From Candidatus Marinacidobacterales bacterium (lineage in GTDB: Bacteria; Acidobacteriota; Vicinamibacteria; Marinacidobacterales; DATDRI01): a stretch of DNA of 64,000 nt. The stretch is from positions 3,264,001 through 3,328,000 of the forward strand of contig CBDCNP010000002.1 of NCBI GenBank assembly GCA_965219415.1. The letters run 5' to 3'. Shown piece by piece: positions 33,720 through 45,219 of the stretch. The position numbers and the translations under genes were made by a program. The number at the start of each line of letters is the position of its first letter. Positions within the stretch are counted from its first letter, which is position 1. The notes below the pieces were generated by a model. The model was not told the origin of the DNA. It did no database searches and was given only the letters and a program-made list of their open reading frames with translations.

Positions 33720-34466
33720 ACAAGTCTATTTTGTGTTGACATAAATTGTTTTTCTCATGTTTCAGGCTCAACTTGCTGCGTTACTGCGCCCTAGCGTGCG
33801 CGATACGTGCTGGCAGACATAGTAGTAGCGGGCGTTGGGGGGTGCGTCGTCAGGGCCTGTGACTTGTGATGATGACTAATTTAAATTATGTCTATGTAGT
33901 AGAAAACTATTACTGTAAATAACTTACAGAATTGTATATATAAAGGCAACAGGATGTGTCGCCAGACTATCTGATGAGGCACATCCCTCTGGCGGGGTGG
34001 TAGGGACAGCACGATGACAAGGACATGCCAAGCAACTGGAGAAGCCGTCCTCGTCCCTCGGATTCCAAGGGCGTCTAAGCTGCTGATTTGTGGTCTATTT
34101 CAAAAGGGCCGAGTTTTGGCACAGGACGGGATGACGCGGGCGTATCGGTCATCGAATACACCCTTCAATCCGGCACCAGCCACGAAACCTGGCAGCGCAA
34201 ACAGCGAGCGGATCGACTGGGAATTTTTCACTCGGTTAGCCTATCCTAAAAATGGACCACTTTTCAGCACCTGATGAAGTACTGGATACCTTTTCCACAC
34301 AATGAGTTACACTGTTTTCCGTCAGGACTTACCCACACGAATCCGCGTAGACCCCTTATTACTAACGACTTATTCTTGTGGACCCTTAATTTCTGTCTTA
34401 GATTCTTGTTTGGTAGTCCTGCCGGTATCCTTAGATCGTTCAACTTATTAAAAAGGGGGACGTACC

Positions 34467-35680
34467 GTGGACTCGGATCCGAAACAGTCTCTCTCGGCTT
34501 CAGACCCAACTGGCTCGTGGGGCGCGCACCCAGAGCTCAAAGCCGCTAGCGCGGTCGCGCCCTTTGCCGAATCCTCTCCTGCGCCAGTGGTGCATCCGGT
34601 CGTTGCGGCGACAGCGCGCAAGAAGGCGCAGCCTAGCAAAGGCCGTATCATTGCGGTTGGCGGCGGCAAAGGCGGCGTTGGCAAGAGCATCATTACGAGC
34701 AGCGTCGGGATCTCCCTTGCACGGCACGGCAAGAAAGTGGTGGTTATCGATGCCGACCTCGGCGGAGCGAATCTCCATACTTGCTTGGGCTTGTCCACAC
34801 CGTCGCTCACGCTACGAGCAGCGTCGGGATCTCCCTTGCACGGCACGGCAAGAAAGTGGTGGTTATCGATGCCGACCTCGGCGGAGCGAATCTCCATACT
34901 TGCTTGGGCTTGTCCACACCGTCGCTCACGCTGAGCGATTTCATCAGTCGGCGCGTCGAGTCGATTGACGACGTGATTCTCGAGACTGGCGTCAAGAACC
35001 TCGGACTCATCAGCGGCGCACACGACCATCTCGCCGCGTCGAATCTGAAATATGGTCAGAAAACCCGACTCTTGTCCTGTATCGCTGCCGTGGACGCCGA
35101 TTTCGTCTTGCTCGACATCGGTGCTGGGATCTCGTTCAACATCGTCGACTTCTTTCTCATTGCGGAGCAAGGGCTCCTCGTCGCGATCCCCGAGCCGAGC
35201 TCGATCGAGAACGCCTACCGCTTCCTAAAAATGAGTTTTTACCGTCATCTGTGGCGCGCTTTGAAGTCGAGCCCGGTGCGCAAAGTAGTTGAGCAAGCGA
35301 TGGACCAAAAGAATCGCGACGGCATCCGCACGCCCATCGATCTTCTCGACGCTGTGGAGCGTCGCGACAGTGCTACCGGACGCTATCTCAAGGAGCAAGC
35401 CTTCTCGTTTCGGCCGCGGCTTCTGATCAATCAGGTCCGCTACCCCGAGGACGAGGGTCTCGGCGCGTCGATGGCCAGCGTCTGCCGTCGCCATCTCGGA
35501 ATCGCTATCGACGCCATCGGCTCGGTGCGCTTCGACGAGAGCGTTTGGAAGGCGAACCGCAAACGCAGACCTTTCATGCTCGACTTTCCCGAATCCGCAG
35601 CAGGAAGCTCCCTTGAGCGTGTGGCACAGGCTTTGATGTTCGGGCCACCCACTTTAGCGCGCACGGAGAGACGAAGTTGA
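34467..35680 (+). CDS. FlhG/MinD-like ATPase (119-bp internal tandem duplication causes frameshift)
   Basis: GGGKGGVGKS deviant Walker A, IDADLGGANLH, DIGAG, PEPSSIENAY. Confidence 0.85.
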
Positions 35681-36372
35681 TGCTAAGACGGCTCAGCGAG
35701 CAAGACCATTATCAAGTTCTCGAGGTTTCGTACGACGCGAGCTCCGAAGAGATCCAGTCGGCCTTCGAGACGGCCCGCGACATCTACTCTCACGAAGCGC
35801 TCGTTTCCAGCTCGATTCTGTCGGACCGCGAGCGCCGTCGCACGTTCCACCGGATCTCGGAGGCGTATCAGATGCTCATTGCTGAAGAAAGCCGCCGTCT
35901 CTACGATAAGAGGCTCGGGGTTCCGGAACCGGTCGTGCGCCGGGAGCAAGGGTCGAGGTTCGCCACCGCCGACAACGTCGAGGCGACGTCCACGAATGGC
36001 GACGTCGCTCCGTCCGAGGCCCACGCTGAGCGGGAGCACGTCTCCGCCGACGATGTCGAGACGCCCGAGAAAGCGGCGGGCTCGGAGAGTTCCGTGCGCG
36101 AGTGCCCGCTACAACTCGAGACGTCCGCAGAAGCGACTGGAGCGTTTCTTAAGGCGGCGCGACAGGCGATGGGACTCGAGTTGGCAACCATCTCTAAAGA
36201 AACGAAAATCGGCTGCTCCATGCTCGGATATATCGAGAACGAGAGACTCGATCGCCTCCCGGCCGCGGTCTATTTGCGCAATTTCACCAGGCAATTTGCC
36301 CGTTGTCTCGGGCTCGACGAAGATCAGGTTTCGACGACCTACTTGGAGCGCATCCACCGCCTCCAAAGCTAA
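35677..36372 (+). CDS. J-domain-like plus RodZ-type HTH protein
   Basis: DHYQVLEVSYDASSEEI..ISEAYQML; GAFLKAARQ..ISKETKI..IENERLDRLPAAVY. Confidence 0.75.
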   Translation: MMLRRLSEQDHYQVLEVSYDASSEEIQSAFETARDIYSHEALVSSSILSDRERRRTFHRISEAYQMLIAEESRRLYDKRLGVPEPVVRREQGSRFATADNVEATSTNGDVAPSEAHAEREHVSADDVETPEKAAGSESSVRECPLQLETSAEATGAFLKAARQAMGLELATISKETKIGCSMLGYIENERLDRLPAAVYLRNFTRQFARCLGLDEDQVSTTYLERIHRLQS

Positions 36373-36432
36373 CGCCCGATCCCGCGCTCACAAGCTGCTA
36401 TAGTTAGGAGCTTTGGACGGGAGGTCTCTCTT

Positions 36433-36784
36433 TTGCCCACGCTCTCCGTGGTGATCCCTTGCTACAACGAGGCGCTTACGATCGAGACGATCGTCGACGC
36501 GGTTTCGAAGAGTGAGATCGAGGATCTCGAGATTCTCGTGGTGGACGACTACTCGACGGACGGAACCCGCGACAAACTGCGTGAGATCCAGGAGAAACGT
36601 TCGATCGAAGTCGTGCACCACGAGCGCAACATGGGCAAAGGCGCCGCGCTCCGCACCGGGTTCGCACGCGCGACGGGCGATATCGTCATCGTTCAGGATG
36701 CCGACCTCGAATACGACCCCCGCGATTACATGAAGCTCGTTGCACCCATCCTGGAAGGCAAGGCCGATGTCGTCTTCGGTTCCC
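36433..36784 (+). pseudogene. GT2 glycosyltransferase, 3' truncated
   Basis: [29 protein letters not shown]; cut at TGTGCCTTCT end at 36785. Confidence 0.85.
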
Positions 36785-37005
36785 TGTGCCTTCTATTTAT
36801 TCATCCGCGCGCCCCGAACTTGATTAACCTCCGGTCTGCCAGCATCATGCCGACATGGCCGACATGATTTCGTCGTTGGTTCCCGCTCTCATCTCTGCCT
36901 TCAAGGCTCGTCGTGAGTTAACTCTCGAAGATGTCGCCCTTCGGCAGCAGCTCGCCGTCCTCCGCTGTTCGGTGAAACGGCCGCGGCCCTCGAATGTCGA
37001 CCGCC
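36785..37005 (+). mobile_element. Left end and N-terminal remnant of rve-integrase IS (also about 37974-38079, 50806-51038, 59690-59779)
   Basis: TGTGCCTTCTATTTATTCATCCGC end followed by MISS..SAFKARREL.LE.VALRQQLAVL..KRPR. Confidence 0.7.
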
Positions 37006-37054
37006 CAAAGGTCGGTGGCTAGGCCGCGGAACAGCTCATCGTATCAAGCGTCGA

Positions 37055-37719
37055 TCAGATCCAAATCGGGGGATTTTGGAAACTGCCGGTGTTGGAGGCG
37101 CTGGTGGATGCCGCCCATCGGGCTGGCATTGGAGTGGACGCCGAGGCGCGGCACGTGAGCGCCATGCGCACCGCGGTTCGGGCCGGTGTTGACAGACTGC
37201 ACGTTGTCTTCGCAGCCAGTCCATTATCCGAGTACAGCGACGAGGACATGAGGCTACTCGTACGGGGTGCGAAGCCGGTGGCCCTGGGTCCCTCGTCGAA
37301 CATTCTCCGCGGTCCCTACTTCGTCTCTACGATGGAGATGCGCCAGTCCTACGTCCGTGTCCTGGATTTTCCAGAGATTCTGGATCACCCTCTGCTTCCG
37401 GAAGCAGTTTCCTCCAGACATTTACGATTATATGCGCCGAGGTGGGATTGTCTCCGATGGAGGCGATACAGAGCGCGACCTTACGAGGTCTTGGAGTAGT
37501 CCCCAATCCATTCCATGGGCGATCGGTGCGCGTCACGATGAATCGACGGAACTTTTGCTTGACAACCTTCATTCGCTCACCGTCAACTTCCACGTCCCGT
37601 TGCCTCAAGAACTCGCGAACTTGGTCGAACCGGCACAGATGCAGGGGGTAGACGCCGATCTAGGAACGATCGAGGTAGGGAAATTTGCCGACCTGATCGT
37701 CGTCGATGGCGACCCGTGA
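37055..37719 (+). pseudogene. Degraded amidohydrolase fragment
   Basis: ALVDAAHRAG..H, GLSPMEAIQSAT, LGTIEVGKFADLIVVDGDP in shifting frames. Confidence 0.6.
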
Positions 37720-37806
37720 GGTCAAAATACTCATGCGGCTTCCCGATGGTAGAAACGTAGCAACCCGCAAAGCCGTTCGAGGGAGCGCACCTTGCGCTCG
37801 GACTGA

Positions 37807-37973
37807 GGTGCTTGCGCTGTTTGCTGTTGGTGATGTGTACGTATCCCTTTGCAAAAAAAGCGCTTACGCTCCATTTAGCGCGCGGGGAAGGTCGCGAGCG
37901 CTATTTTGGCTGTAATTTAATGCAGCATAAAGTCTTAGCGTCATCTCACCAACACTTCAATGGCGGAAGCACC
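37807..37973 (+). mobile_element. MITE-A copy 2
   Basis: Same TIRs and internal sequence as 31697. Confidence 0.85.
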
Positions 37974-38079
37974 CGTAACAGCACCCAAAACTCGCGGTCG
38001 ACATTCGAGAGCCGCGGCGGTTTCACCGAACGGCGGAGCACGGCGAGCTGCTGCCGAAGAGCGACATTCTCGAGAGCCA

Positions 38080-39277
38080 GGTGCTTCCGCAATTAAGTGT
38101 TGGCGGCCAGCCCCTAACCGGTCTGCGTGCTAGAGTTTGAACCAGAATTCCGAAGACACAGTTCTCTCATCGTCAGGGCCGAGCCAAAGTGAAGAATCGC
38201 AGATGTCTCAATCTCATGTCCGTTGCGGGGCAAAGTCAGTTCCGGAAACATCGTTCGCCACGGATTCTACCGAACCAGGTCCGGGAAACGCCGTCGATAC
38301 CGGTGCGGCGAGTGAGGAAAGACGTTCTCCTCGACGAAAGGCACGCCCTACTATCGTCTCCAACATCGAAGAGCTACTTTCGATGTGGTCATCGCTCTCA
38401 GAGTCGAGGGTGTCAGCATTTCCGCGATTTCCCGGATCAAAGGGATTGCCTGGAACACCGTCGCCCGCTGGCTCGAGAAGGCAGCCCAAGTGTGTCGTCG
38501 ACTCAATCACAGAAGGATCGCTGGCTTCGCTGCCGAAGAGCTTCAAGCCGACGAGATTCGCACGTTCGCGGGCAACAAGAAGACACCGAGTTGGGTCTTC
38601 GTTACAATCGAAGTCTGGTCTCGGCTCTGGCCATCGACGGTGACGGGAAGGCGAAGCTACCGGAACACTCACGCTCTGTTTCGCGACCTTTCGAGACGGA
38701 TGAATTTCGAGCGTCTTCCCTTGATCGTCACGGATGGATTCGAATTCTACCAGAAGGTCATCCGTCGCTTCTTCGGTCCAGCGTGTCTCTACGGCCAGGT
38801 CCTCAAAACGCGCAGGAACGATCGCATCATCAAGGTCGAACGGAGAGCGCTGCACGGAGCCGCGTGGCGATTCGAAGACGCGCTCAATAACTCCGAGGAC
38901 TCCTCGACATTGAACACGTCGTTCATCGAGCGGTTGAATCTGACCATCCGGCAAAGCTCGGCATACCTTTCGAGACGAACGCTTTCCCACGCTCGCTCGA
39001 CGGAGAGGCTCGATGAGCACCTGGAGTTGCTCCGTTGCTATTACAACTTCGTCCGACCGCACGGAGCTCTGAAGTTCGGACGTGAGATCCGAACTCCGGC
39101 TATGCAGGCCGGTCTCACCACGCGACGGCTCACCTTTCGAGACATCTTCTTGGCGACGACGATTCCTTTGTGGTCGCGGATCGAGGTTTTCCTGCTCAGT
39201 AGGGCGCGCAACCCGGTCTCTTCCGCACCTGTACCACTGCCCGCAGCCGCGTAGCAACACTTGATGGCGGAAGCACT
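38080..39277 (+). mobile_element. IS1-family element (full length, transposase damaged)
   Basis: TIRs GGTGCTTCCGCAATTAAGTGTTG / CAACACTTGATGGCGGAAGCAC. Confidence 0.85.
38189..39254 (+). pseudogene. IS1-family transposase (Zn ribbon, HTH, DDE)
   Basis: QADEIRTFAGNKK, VTDGFEFY, TSFIERLNLTIRQ, YYNFVRPH; frameshift near 38215 and TGA at 38313. Confidence 0.85.
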
Positions 39278-39597
39278 ACTTTCCCCAAAACTTAGGTCCA
39301 ACTTCAGAGTAAGAAGTTTGGCGAATTGTCCCCACCGTGGAAGCCGTGGGAAAGTAGAAAACTCGAAGAGTTTTCCAAGGTCGCAAAGCGACCGGCTGGA
39401 TGCATACCCAATCCTGTGGAAAAAGGAACGGCGCACCCCCACTTCGTGGTGAAGGTATCAGATCAAGCGGCGATCCATCAAGCGGCGACGTCGCGTCAGG
39501 CAAGACCATCGGCCAGGTGTTTATAGCGGTCGATGCGCCGTAGCCGGATTTGCCCGGGGAGGCGATGAGGCCAAAGAGCAGAGCGACGGCAGATTCC

Positions 39598-39841
39598 GGT
39601 GCTTCCGGCATCAAGTGTTGGTGGCTGCCGCGTAACCCGCTCGTGTGCTAGAGTTTGAGCCTGATTTCGAGAGACGCAGTTCTTTCGGCGATGCGGGCTG
39701 GGCTGACCACACGGTGCCTGACGTTCAGAGACACCTTCGTGTGCACGCCGACATCCTTATTGATGGCGTTCGCCGACACAGGCAGGCCAACTGACACTAG
39801 CATTCAAACACGGCGTAGCAACACTTGATGGCGGAAGCACC
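39598..39841 (+). mobile_element. IS1 internal-deletion derivative (244 bp) with an empty IS1111 target
   Basis: Both IS1 TIRs; ends GTAGCAACACTTGATGGCGGAAGCACC. Confidence 0.8.
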
Positions 39842-39850
39842 GGATCGAGC

Positions 39851-40489
39851 ATGAAGAAACGTTCCCTCCGATACGCTGGCGACAAGGCCGTTCGCGCTCT
39901 ATTGGAACGTTATGCGTGCCCGACGTCATTCCATGTCATCCGCACACGACTCCTCGGCAACATCGCGACGCCCAGGCTCGACGCATCGCCACTCCGAGCT
40001 ATAGAGAGCTGTTGGGAAGGTGAGTTGCCGGGGTTCGACAATGTCGGCGCAGCCAGTGAGCTATTCGAGTCCCTGATGGGGCTTTGGAACGAACTGGCAA
40101 GGCATCAATCGGCAACCAAGCCATTCCGTTTGACACGGATGGAGGCTAAGCCGGATACGGATGACATTCGCCGCTTGTGCCGGACCCGCACCGAGGAGCT
40201 TGAAGGCTTCATCGACGGACTGTTCGGTGACGTGGAGCTCATGGATCTGCCCGAACGGGCCAACGAGGCTCTGGACAACCTCGGCAAGATCTATGCCATG
40301 ACCCGCGGTATCATCGATCTCCTGGAGAGAGAGTCGGCGTCAGAGAGGGACCTTAGGGGAATTCTCAAGGACGTTGGGGAGCTCTCACACATCGCAGAGA
40401 AAGAACTGCACGCAGTAATGCTTGCCTGCAAGCGCGCCCGCCAACAGACCCTTTCCACTATCGCCGTGGGCAAACCCACCGTCCATTGA
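39851..40489 (+). CDS. Hypothetical helical protein
   Basis: Intact 212-aa ORF ending ..KPTVH. Confidence 0.65.
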   Translation: MKKRSLRYAGDKAVRALLERYACPTSFHVIRTRLLGNIATPRLDASPLRAIESCWEGELPGFDNVGAASELFESLMGLWNELARHQSATKPFRLTRMEAKPDTDDIRRLCRTRTEELEGFIDGLFGDVELMDLPERANEALDNLGKIYAMTRGIIDLLERESASERDLRGILKDVGELSHIAEKELHAVMLACKRARQQTLSTIAVGKPTVH

Positions 40490-40910
40490 AGGGAAGTGTC
40501 ACGAGCAGCCGGAAGTAGTTCTCACCAGGGCGATGTCCCGGAAGTGGCGTCGCTCAGATGCCGATTTGTAACGTTGCCAGTGGATCAAGTTTTGGCACAG
40601 GACGGGATGTACCGGCAAGAGAGAGATTGACGATATGAAGAACAGAATGAAGGCACGAGCGACGACAGCCCTGCTAAACCTCACAATTCAATTGCCGGTC
40701 GTTCTTCTCACCGCGTACCTTACAGCCCACTTCACGGTTAGGAAAGCCCGCCACGGAGCAAGAGGAGCAGGAACAGGAATACGTAGAAAACTTGCAGGAA
40801 GCGGGTCCGTAACGAGGCAGAGCTGAATGCCAGGAGCATTCGCAGGTGGATCCCAAAACTCTTGCCTATTGCAAAGGACCTAGAGGACTTCGTCAACGAC
40901 AAAGGACTAT

Positions 40911-41060
40911 CCCGTCCTGTGCCAAAACTCGGCCCTTTTGAAATAGACCACAAATCAGCAGCTTAGACGCCCTTGGAATCCGCGCAGAATCCAGGGTATT
41001 TCGCGCCGCAGGGCTGACTTCCGACCCATGGGGCTGGCGGATGAATAAATAGAAGGCACA
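40911..41060 (+). mobile_element. MITE-C (150 bp; ends of rve-integrase IS)
   Basis: CCCGTCCTGTGCCAAAACTCGG ... GAATAAATAGAAGGCACA. Confidence 0.75.
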
Positions 41061-41273
41061 GCCAAAACTCGGCCCTTTTGAAATAGGCCATAAATCAGCA
41101 GCTTAGAGTCTGTGTTTGCGACCGGGCCAAGGGCCGTAGGCTTTACAATCGTCTGGCCCGAGGGTGTTATCTTCAGATCCATGATGACGTACCACTCGCC
41201 GCCGCGAAACGGCCAATCCTGGCAGGTCTAAACCGCGGAATCAATGACGGATCGAGTTTTTGCGGAGCACAAG

Positions 41274-41438
41274 GGTGCTTGCGCTGTTTACTGTTGGTCA
41301 TATGTACGCATCCCTTTGCAAAAGCGACGCTTACGCTCCATTTAGCGCGAAGCGAAGGTCGCGAGCGCTATTTTGGCTGTAATTTAATGCAGCGTAAAGT
41401 CTTACGTCATCTCACCAACACTTAATGACGGAAGCACC
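41274..41438 (+). mobile_element. MITE-A copy 3
   Basis: Same TIRs and body. Confidence 0.85.
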
Positions 41439-41498
41439 CTGCGTTTCGTTTATCGCCCAGGACAGTGACGACTGGTCTAAATGCGCCCTGGATCGCGA

Positions 41499-43151
41499 TT
41501 ACGAGCAGCCTGGGATCCGGAGCTGCTGTCCCACCTTAATAAGGTAGCGGGGGGCGCGGACGTTGTTGACCTCGGCCAGCTCCTGGGTGGTGACACATCG
41601 ATACCGGGAGGCAATGCGCCACAATGTGTCGCCTCGGCGAACGATATAGATTTCCATCTTGCCGTACGGGTAGTTGGCTTCGTGAAGCTCGAAAGCCGTT
41701 TCGACCAAATCTCCCCCAACACATCGCTCCTCGTAGTAGGGCACGAGTAGTTTCGGAATGGTAATGGTGGCGCCGGCCTCTGCCCGTTCGCCGGGGCTGA
41801 GGCGAGGATTAAGATTGCGTAGCGTGCGGAACCAGCCGTTCGCGCTTTCGACTTGCCCCAAGCAGATCGTGAGCTCGCCGAGGGACGCTGCTCTTTTGAG
41901 AATGAGCTCGGTCAGCCCGTTTTGGTAAACCGGGAACTCGAGGTTGTAGTCCTCAGGGTGAAGAAAGAGCCACGTTGCTGCCAGTATGCGAGGGACATAC
42001 TCCCGGGTCTCCCTGGGGACACGATAGTAGACTCGCTGATCCCAAAAGCCGGTCTTGTATCGCCGTTGGAGTCTCTTCATGCGAGACTCGCCACCGTTGT
42101 AGGCGGCGAGCGTCATCTCGAAACTTTCGTTCAGGATTTCGAACTGTTCGTTGATGTACGCAACGTTGGCACGCGTCGCTGCTTCCGGATCGAGACGCAT
42201 GTCGAAACCATCTACCTCTCGAAGACCGTAACGCTGCCCGGTCGAGCGAATGAACTGCAGCAGGCCGGTCGCACCGGCGTGTGAAAAGGAATGAACTCTG
42301 CCGCCGGTCTCGGTGGCGATCATCGCGAAGAGTAAGGCTTCCGGAAGACCCGCTTCTTCATAAATGGGCGCGATCTTGTCCCGAAGGTATTGGTAGTATT
42401 CGTAGGAGCTCATCAGCATCGGGCGGTTCCATGTGAGCCAATCGTCGAGTGCTGCCTTCACCGGTCCGTTGAGGCTGATCATCTCGCGAAGGTCATTGCC
42501 GCGAAGAAGCGCCACCGTGTCACCGAGCTCCGGCATCGCATTCAGGAGCGACGGCGCTCCAGCCTCCAGCGAAAGATCCTCGTCGATCTTGTCGCCCTCA
42601 TTACTCAACGCCTCCAGCTGCGAAGCCTGATCGGCGAGCGTCACGTTTTGCTCCTCGACGAGCCGTCCCATGACGTCGAAGAATCGGAGGGGATCGCATC
42701 CTTCGGTCTCGACGCACTGGTGAGCACCTACCTGAAGCCGCTCTCCGAGTCGGACCAGTTCCTCATCGGCTGCAACTTCGCCGGTCGAAAGCCGTTCGAG
42801 AATAGCGCCAAACTCGTCTTCCACTTGGGCGAGTTCCCGATAAAGTGCCTGGACCTGTTTCGAGGGATGCGGTCGCGCCTCTTCGGCGGCTTGGGCAGGC
42901 GGAGCTGCTGACGCCGGAGCGGGCGGGGGGGCAGAAACGTCTTTCCTTCCGCCGCAGCCGGTGATCGCCACCGCGAGAAACACTGTGAGAACTAAGTGCG
43001 TGCCGTATCGACGATGGAGTTGGACAAGCTCACGGACCTGCATTTCAGCGCGCACCTCGTGGACATGATGTTGGAATATCGGGCTATCGGCACCCGCTAT
43101 ATTAGCTTGCAGCAAAGCTGCTCTCGAGGCAACTCGCTGCGGCAGATTCAC
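41499..43151 (-). CDS. MltD-like lytic transglycosylase with LysM (lipoprotein; true start probably near 43040)
   Basis: MIATETG, ATGLLQFI, LAAYNGGE, ETREYVPR; LysM YIVRRGDTLWRIA; lipobox ITGC. Confidence 0.88.
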   Translation of the reverse strand: MNLPQRVASRAALLQANIAGADSPIFQHHVHEVRAEMQVRELVQLHRRYGTHLVLTVFLAVAITGCGGRKDVSAPPPAPASAAPPAQAAEEARPHPSKQVQALYRELAQVEDEFGAILERLSTGEVAADEELVRLGERLQVGAHQCVETEGCDPLRFFDVMGRLVEEQNVTLADQASQLEALSNEGDKIDEDLSLEAGAPSLLNAMPELGDTVALLRGNDLREMISLNGPVKAALDDWLTWNRPMLMSSYEYYQYLRDKIAPIYEEAGLPEALLFAMIATETGGRVHSFSHAGATGLLQFIRSTGQRYGLREVDGFDMRLDPEAATRANVAYINEQFEILNESFEMTLAAYNGGESRMKRLQRRYKTGFWDQRVYYRVPRETREYVPRILAATWLFLHPEDYNLEFPVYQNGLTELILKRAASLGELTICLGQVESANGWFRTLRNLNPRLSPGERAEAGATITIPKLLVPYYEERCVGGDLVETAFELHEANYPYGKMEIYIVRRGDTLWRIASRYRCVTTQELAEVNNVRAPRYLIKVGQQLRIPGCS

Positions 43152-43295
43152 CAGTCAGATAGGCCGGGCTATCCCTTCCTGTGCCAAAACCCGGCCCTTT
43201 TGAAATAGGCCATAAATCAACAACTTTCCTGCCGCTCACCATTGACGGTGTATGGAGGGCGCGGGGTACAAGAGTGGGAGCAGCACCACCAAGCC

Positions 43296-43390
43296 GGTGC
43301 TTCCGCCTTCGCTGCGCATTAAATGGAGCGTAAACGCCTCTTTTGCAAAGGGATGCGTGCACATCACCAACAGTAAACAGCGCAAGCACC
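43296..43390 (-). mobile_element. Mini MITE-A (95-bp deletion derivative)
   Basis: GGTGCTTCCGCC..CGCAAGCACC. Confidence 0.75.
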
Positions 43391-43555
43391 CTTGGGTCCG
43401 GAAACCGATGCAACGTGTCCACGGACTTGAGAAAAGCCAGGAACTTGGGAGGTTTCAATGAAAGACAATAGAATGATTGCCGAGTTGATATCGGAGTTTG
43501 TAGCGCAGTTGGAGAAGCAGCTGCATGAGCTAAATTCACGAATTACTACTGTTCT

Positions 43556-45219
43556 TGCTGAGCCGGAGGCTTCTGAACCGGAGGCTGCTGGGCCAGAGGC
43601 TGCCGAACCAGAGGCTGCCGAGCCAGAGGCTGCTGAGCCGGAGGCTTCTGAACCTGGGCTTGATCCAGTTTCGTGGACACTTTCTGAAAGGCGGATACGA
43701 TGTCCACAATGGCAAAGACAACGCAGCCCCGGCGACCCCGCCGGGAGTTTGATGACGAGTTTAAGGCAGGCGCGGTCCGGCTGGTGCTTGATGAGGGCCA
43801 GAGCGTGGGTCGGGTGGCCCGGGAGCTTGACCTCACCGAATCGGCGTTTCGCAACTGGGTCCGTCAGGCCCGGGCCGATCGGACGAAGGGCCGGACGGGC
43901 TTGACGGGCGTGGAACGCGAGGAGCTTCGGCGGCTCCGCAAAGAGAATCGGCGGTTGCGGGTGGAGCGCGACGTTTTAAAAAAAGCCGCGGCCTTCTTCG
44001 CGAAGGAGAGCGAGTAAGATTCGCGTTCATCCAGGCGGAGAAGGCCACCGTACCGGTCGTTCACCTGTGTCAGATTCTCAACGTCTCTCGGAGTGGCTTT
44101 TATGCCTGGGTACGTCGGCCGCCGTCGGCCCACGCGCGCCGGGACCGCCAGTTGCGCGTGTTGATTCGTGCCTCCCATGAGGCGAGTCGCCGCACCTATG
44201 GGAGTCCGCGGATTTATCACGACCTGCACGAGCAGGGGTATCGAGTGAGTCGGGAAGCGGGTGATTCGGTTGAAACAGGCAGAAGGCCTCATTGCTCGAG
44301 TACGCAAACGCTTCAAGCGCACGACGGTAAGCGGTCATGGCCAGCCCGTCGCGGCCAATGTGCTCGGGCAAGACTTCGTCGCCGATGCGCCGAACCAACG
44401 GTGGGTCGGGGACACGACCGAGTTCGTGATCGGCAGCGGCGGGAAGCTTTATCTCGCGGCGCTCCTCGACCTCTACTCGCGATTCCTCGTTGGATGGGCC
44501 GTAAGTGCTATTAACGACCGTCACCTGGTTATCAAGGCGTTGCGGATGGCACTGAAACGTCGCCAACCGGCCGCGGGGCTCTTGCATCACTCCGATCAGG
44601 GCAGTCCGTATGCCAGCAAAGACTACCAACGTCTCCTTGAGACGCATGGCATGACCGGGAGCATGAGCCGACGGGGCAACTGCTACGACAACGCCGTCAT
44701 CGAGAGCTGGTTCTCCACGGTCAAGCACGAGCTTGGGGAGCATTTCCTCAGTTGCGGCGAGGCCAAGATGGCCCTCTTCGACTTCATCGAGGTATTCTAC
44801 AACCAGAGACGACGACACTCGACCCTCGGCCAGGTCAGTCCGGCCGAGTTTGAACGACGGATGAGGACTTCGCCAGCTTAACTAAACCGTCTACGAAACC
44901 GGATCAAGCCCAACCGGAGACTGCTGAGCCGGAGGCTGCTGAGCCGGAGGCTGCTGAGCCGGAGGCTTCTGAACCGGAGGCTTCTGAACCAGAGGTTGCT
45001 GAGCCGGAGGCTTCTGAGTCAGAGGCTGCCGAACCGGAGGCTGCTGAGCCAGAGGCTGCTGAGCCGGAGGCTGCTGAGCCAGAGGCTTCTGAGCCAGAGG
45101 CTTCTGAGCCGGAGGCTTCTGGGCCGGAGGCTTCTGAGCCGGAGGCTGCTGAGCCGGAGACTTCTGAGCCAGAGACTTCTGAGCCAGAGACTTCTGAGCC
45201 AGAGACTTCTGAGCCAGAG
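43556..45219 (+). repeat. 15-bp tandem repeat (CTGAGCCRGAGGCT[GT]), about 27 units, split by IS3
   Basis: About 6.5 units at 43556-43654 and about 20 units at 44913-45219. Confidence 0.9.
43655..44912 (+). mobile_element. IS3-family element (orfA about 43700-44017, orfB to 44881)
   Basis: TIR TGGGCTTGATCC / GGATCAAGCCCA, 3-bp TSD ACC; KKAAAFFAKE, WVGDTT, HHSDQGSPY, CYDNAVIESWF. Confidence 0.93.

Noticed and set aside
32932-33771. Long alternative-frame and antisense ORFs over IS1111, IS1 (38214-39260) and core genes
   Set aside because: Shadow ORFs of GC-rich coding DNA with no motifs; their lengths change with the flanking sequence
43556-45219. 15-bp repeats as a CRISPR array or DGR template
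   Set aside because: Contiguous units with no spacers; variation is codon-level, not adenine-specific
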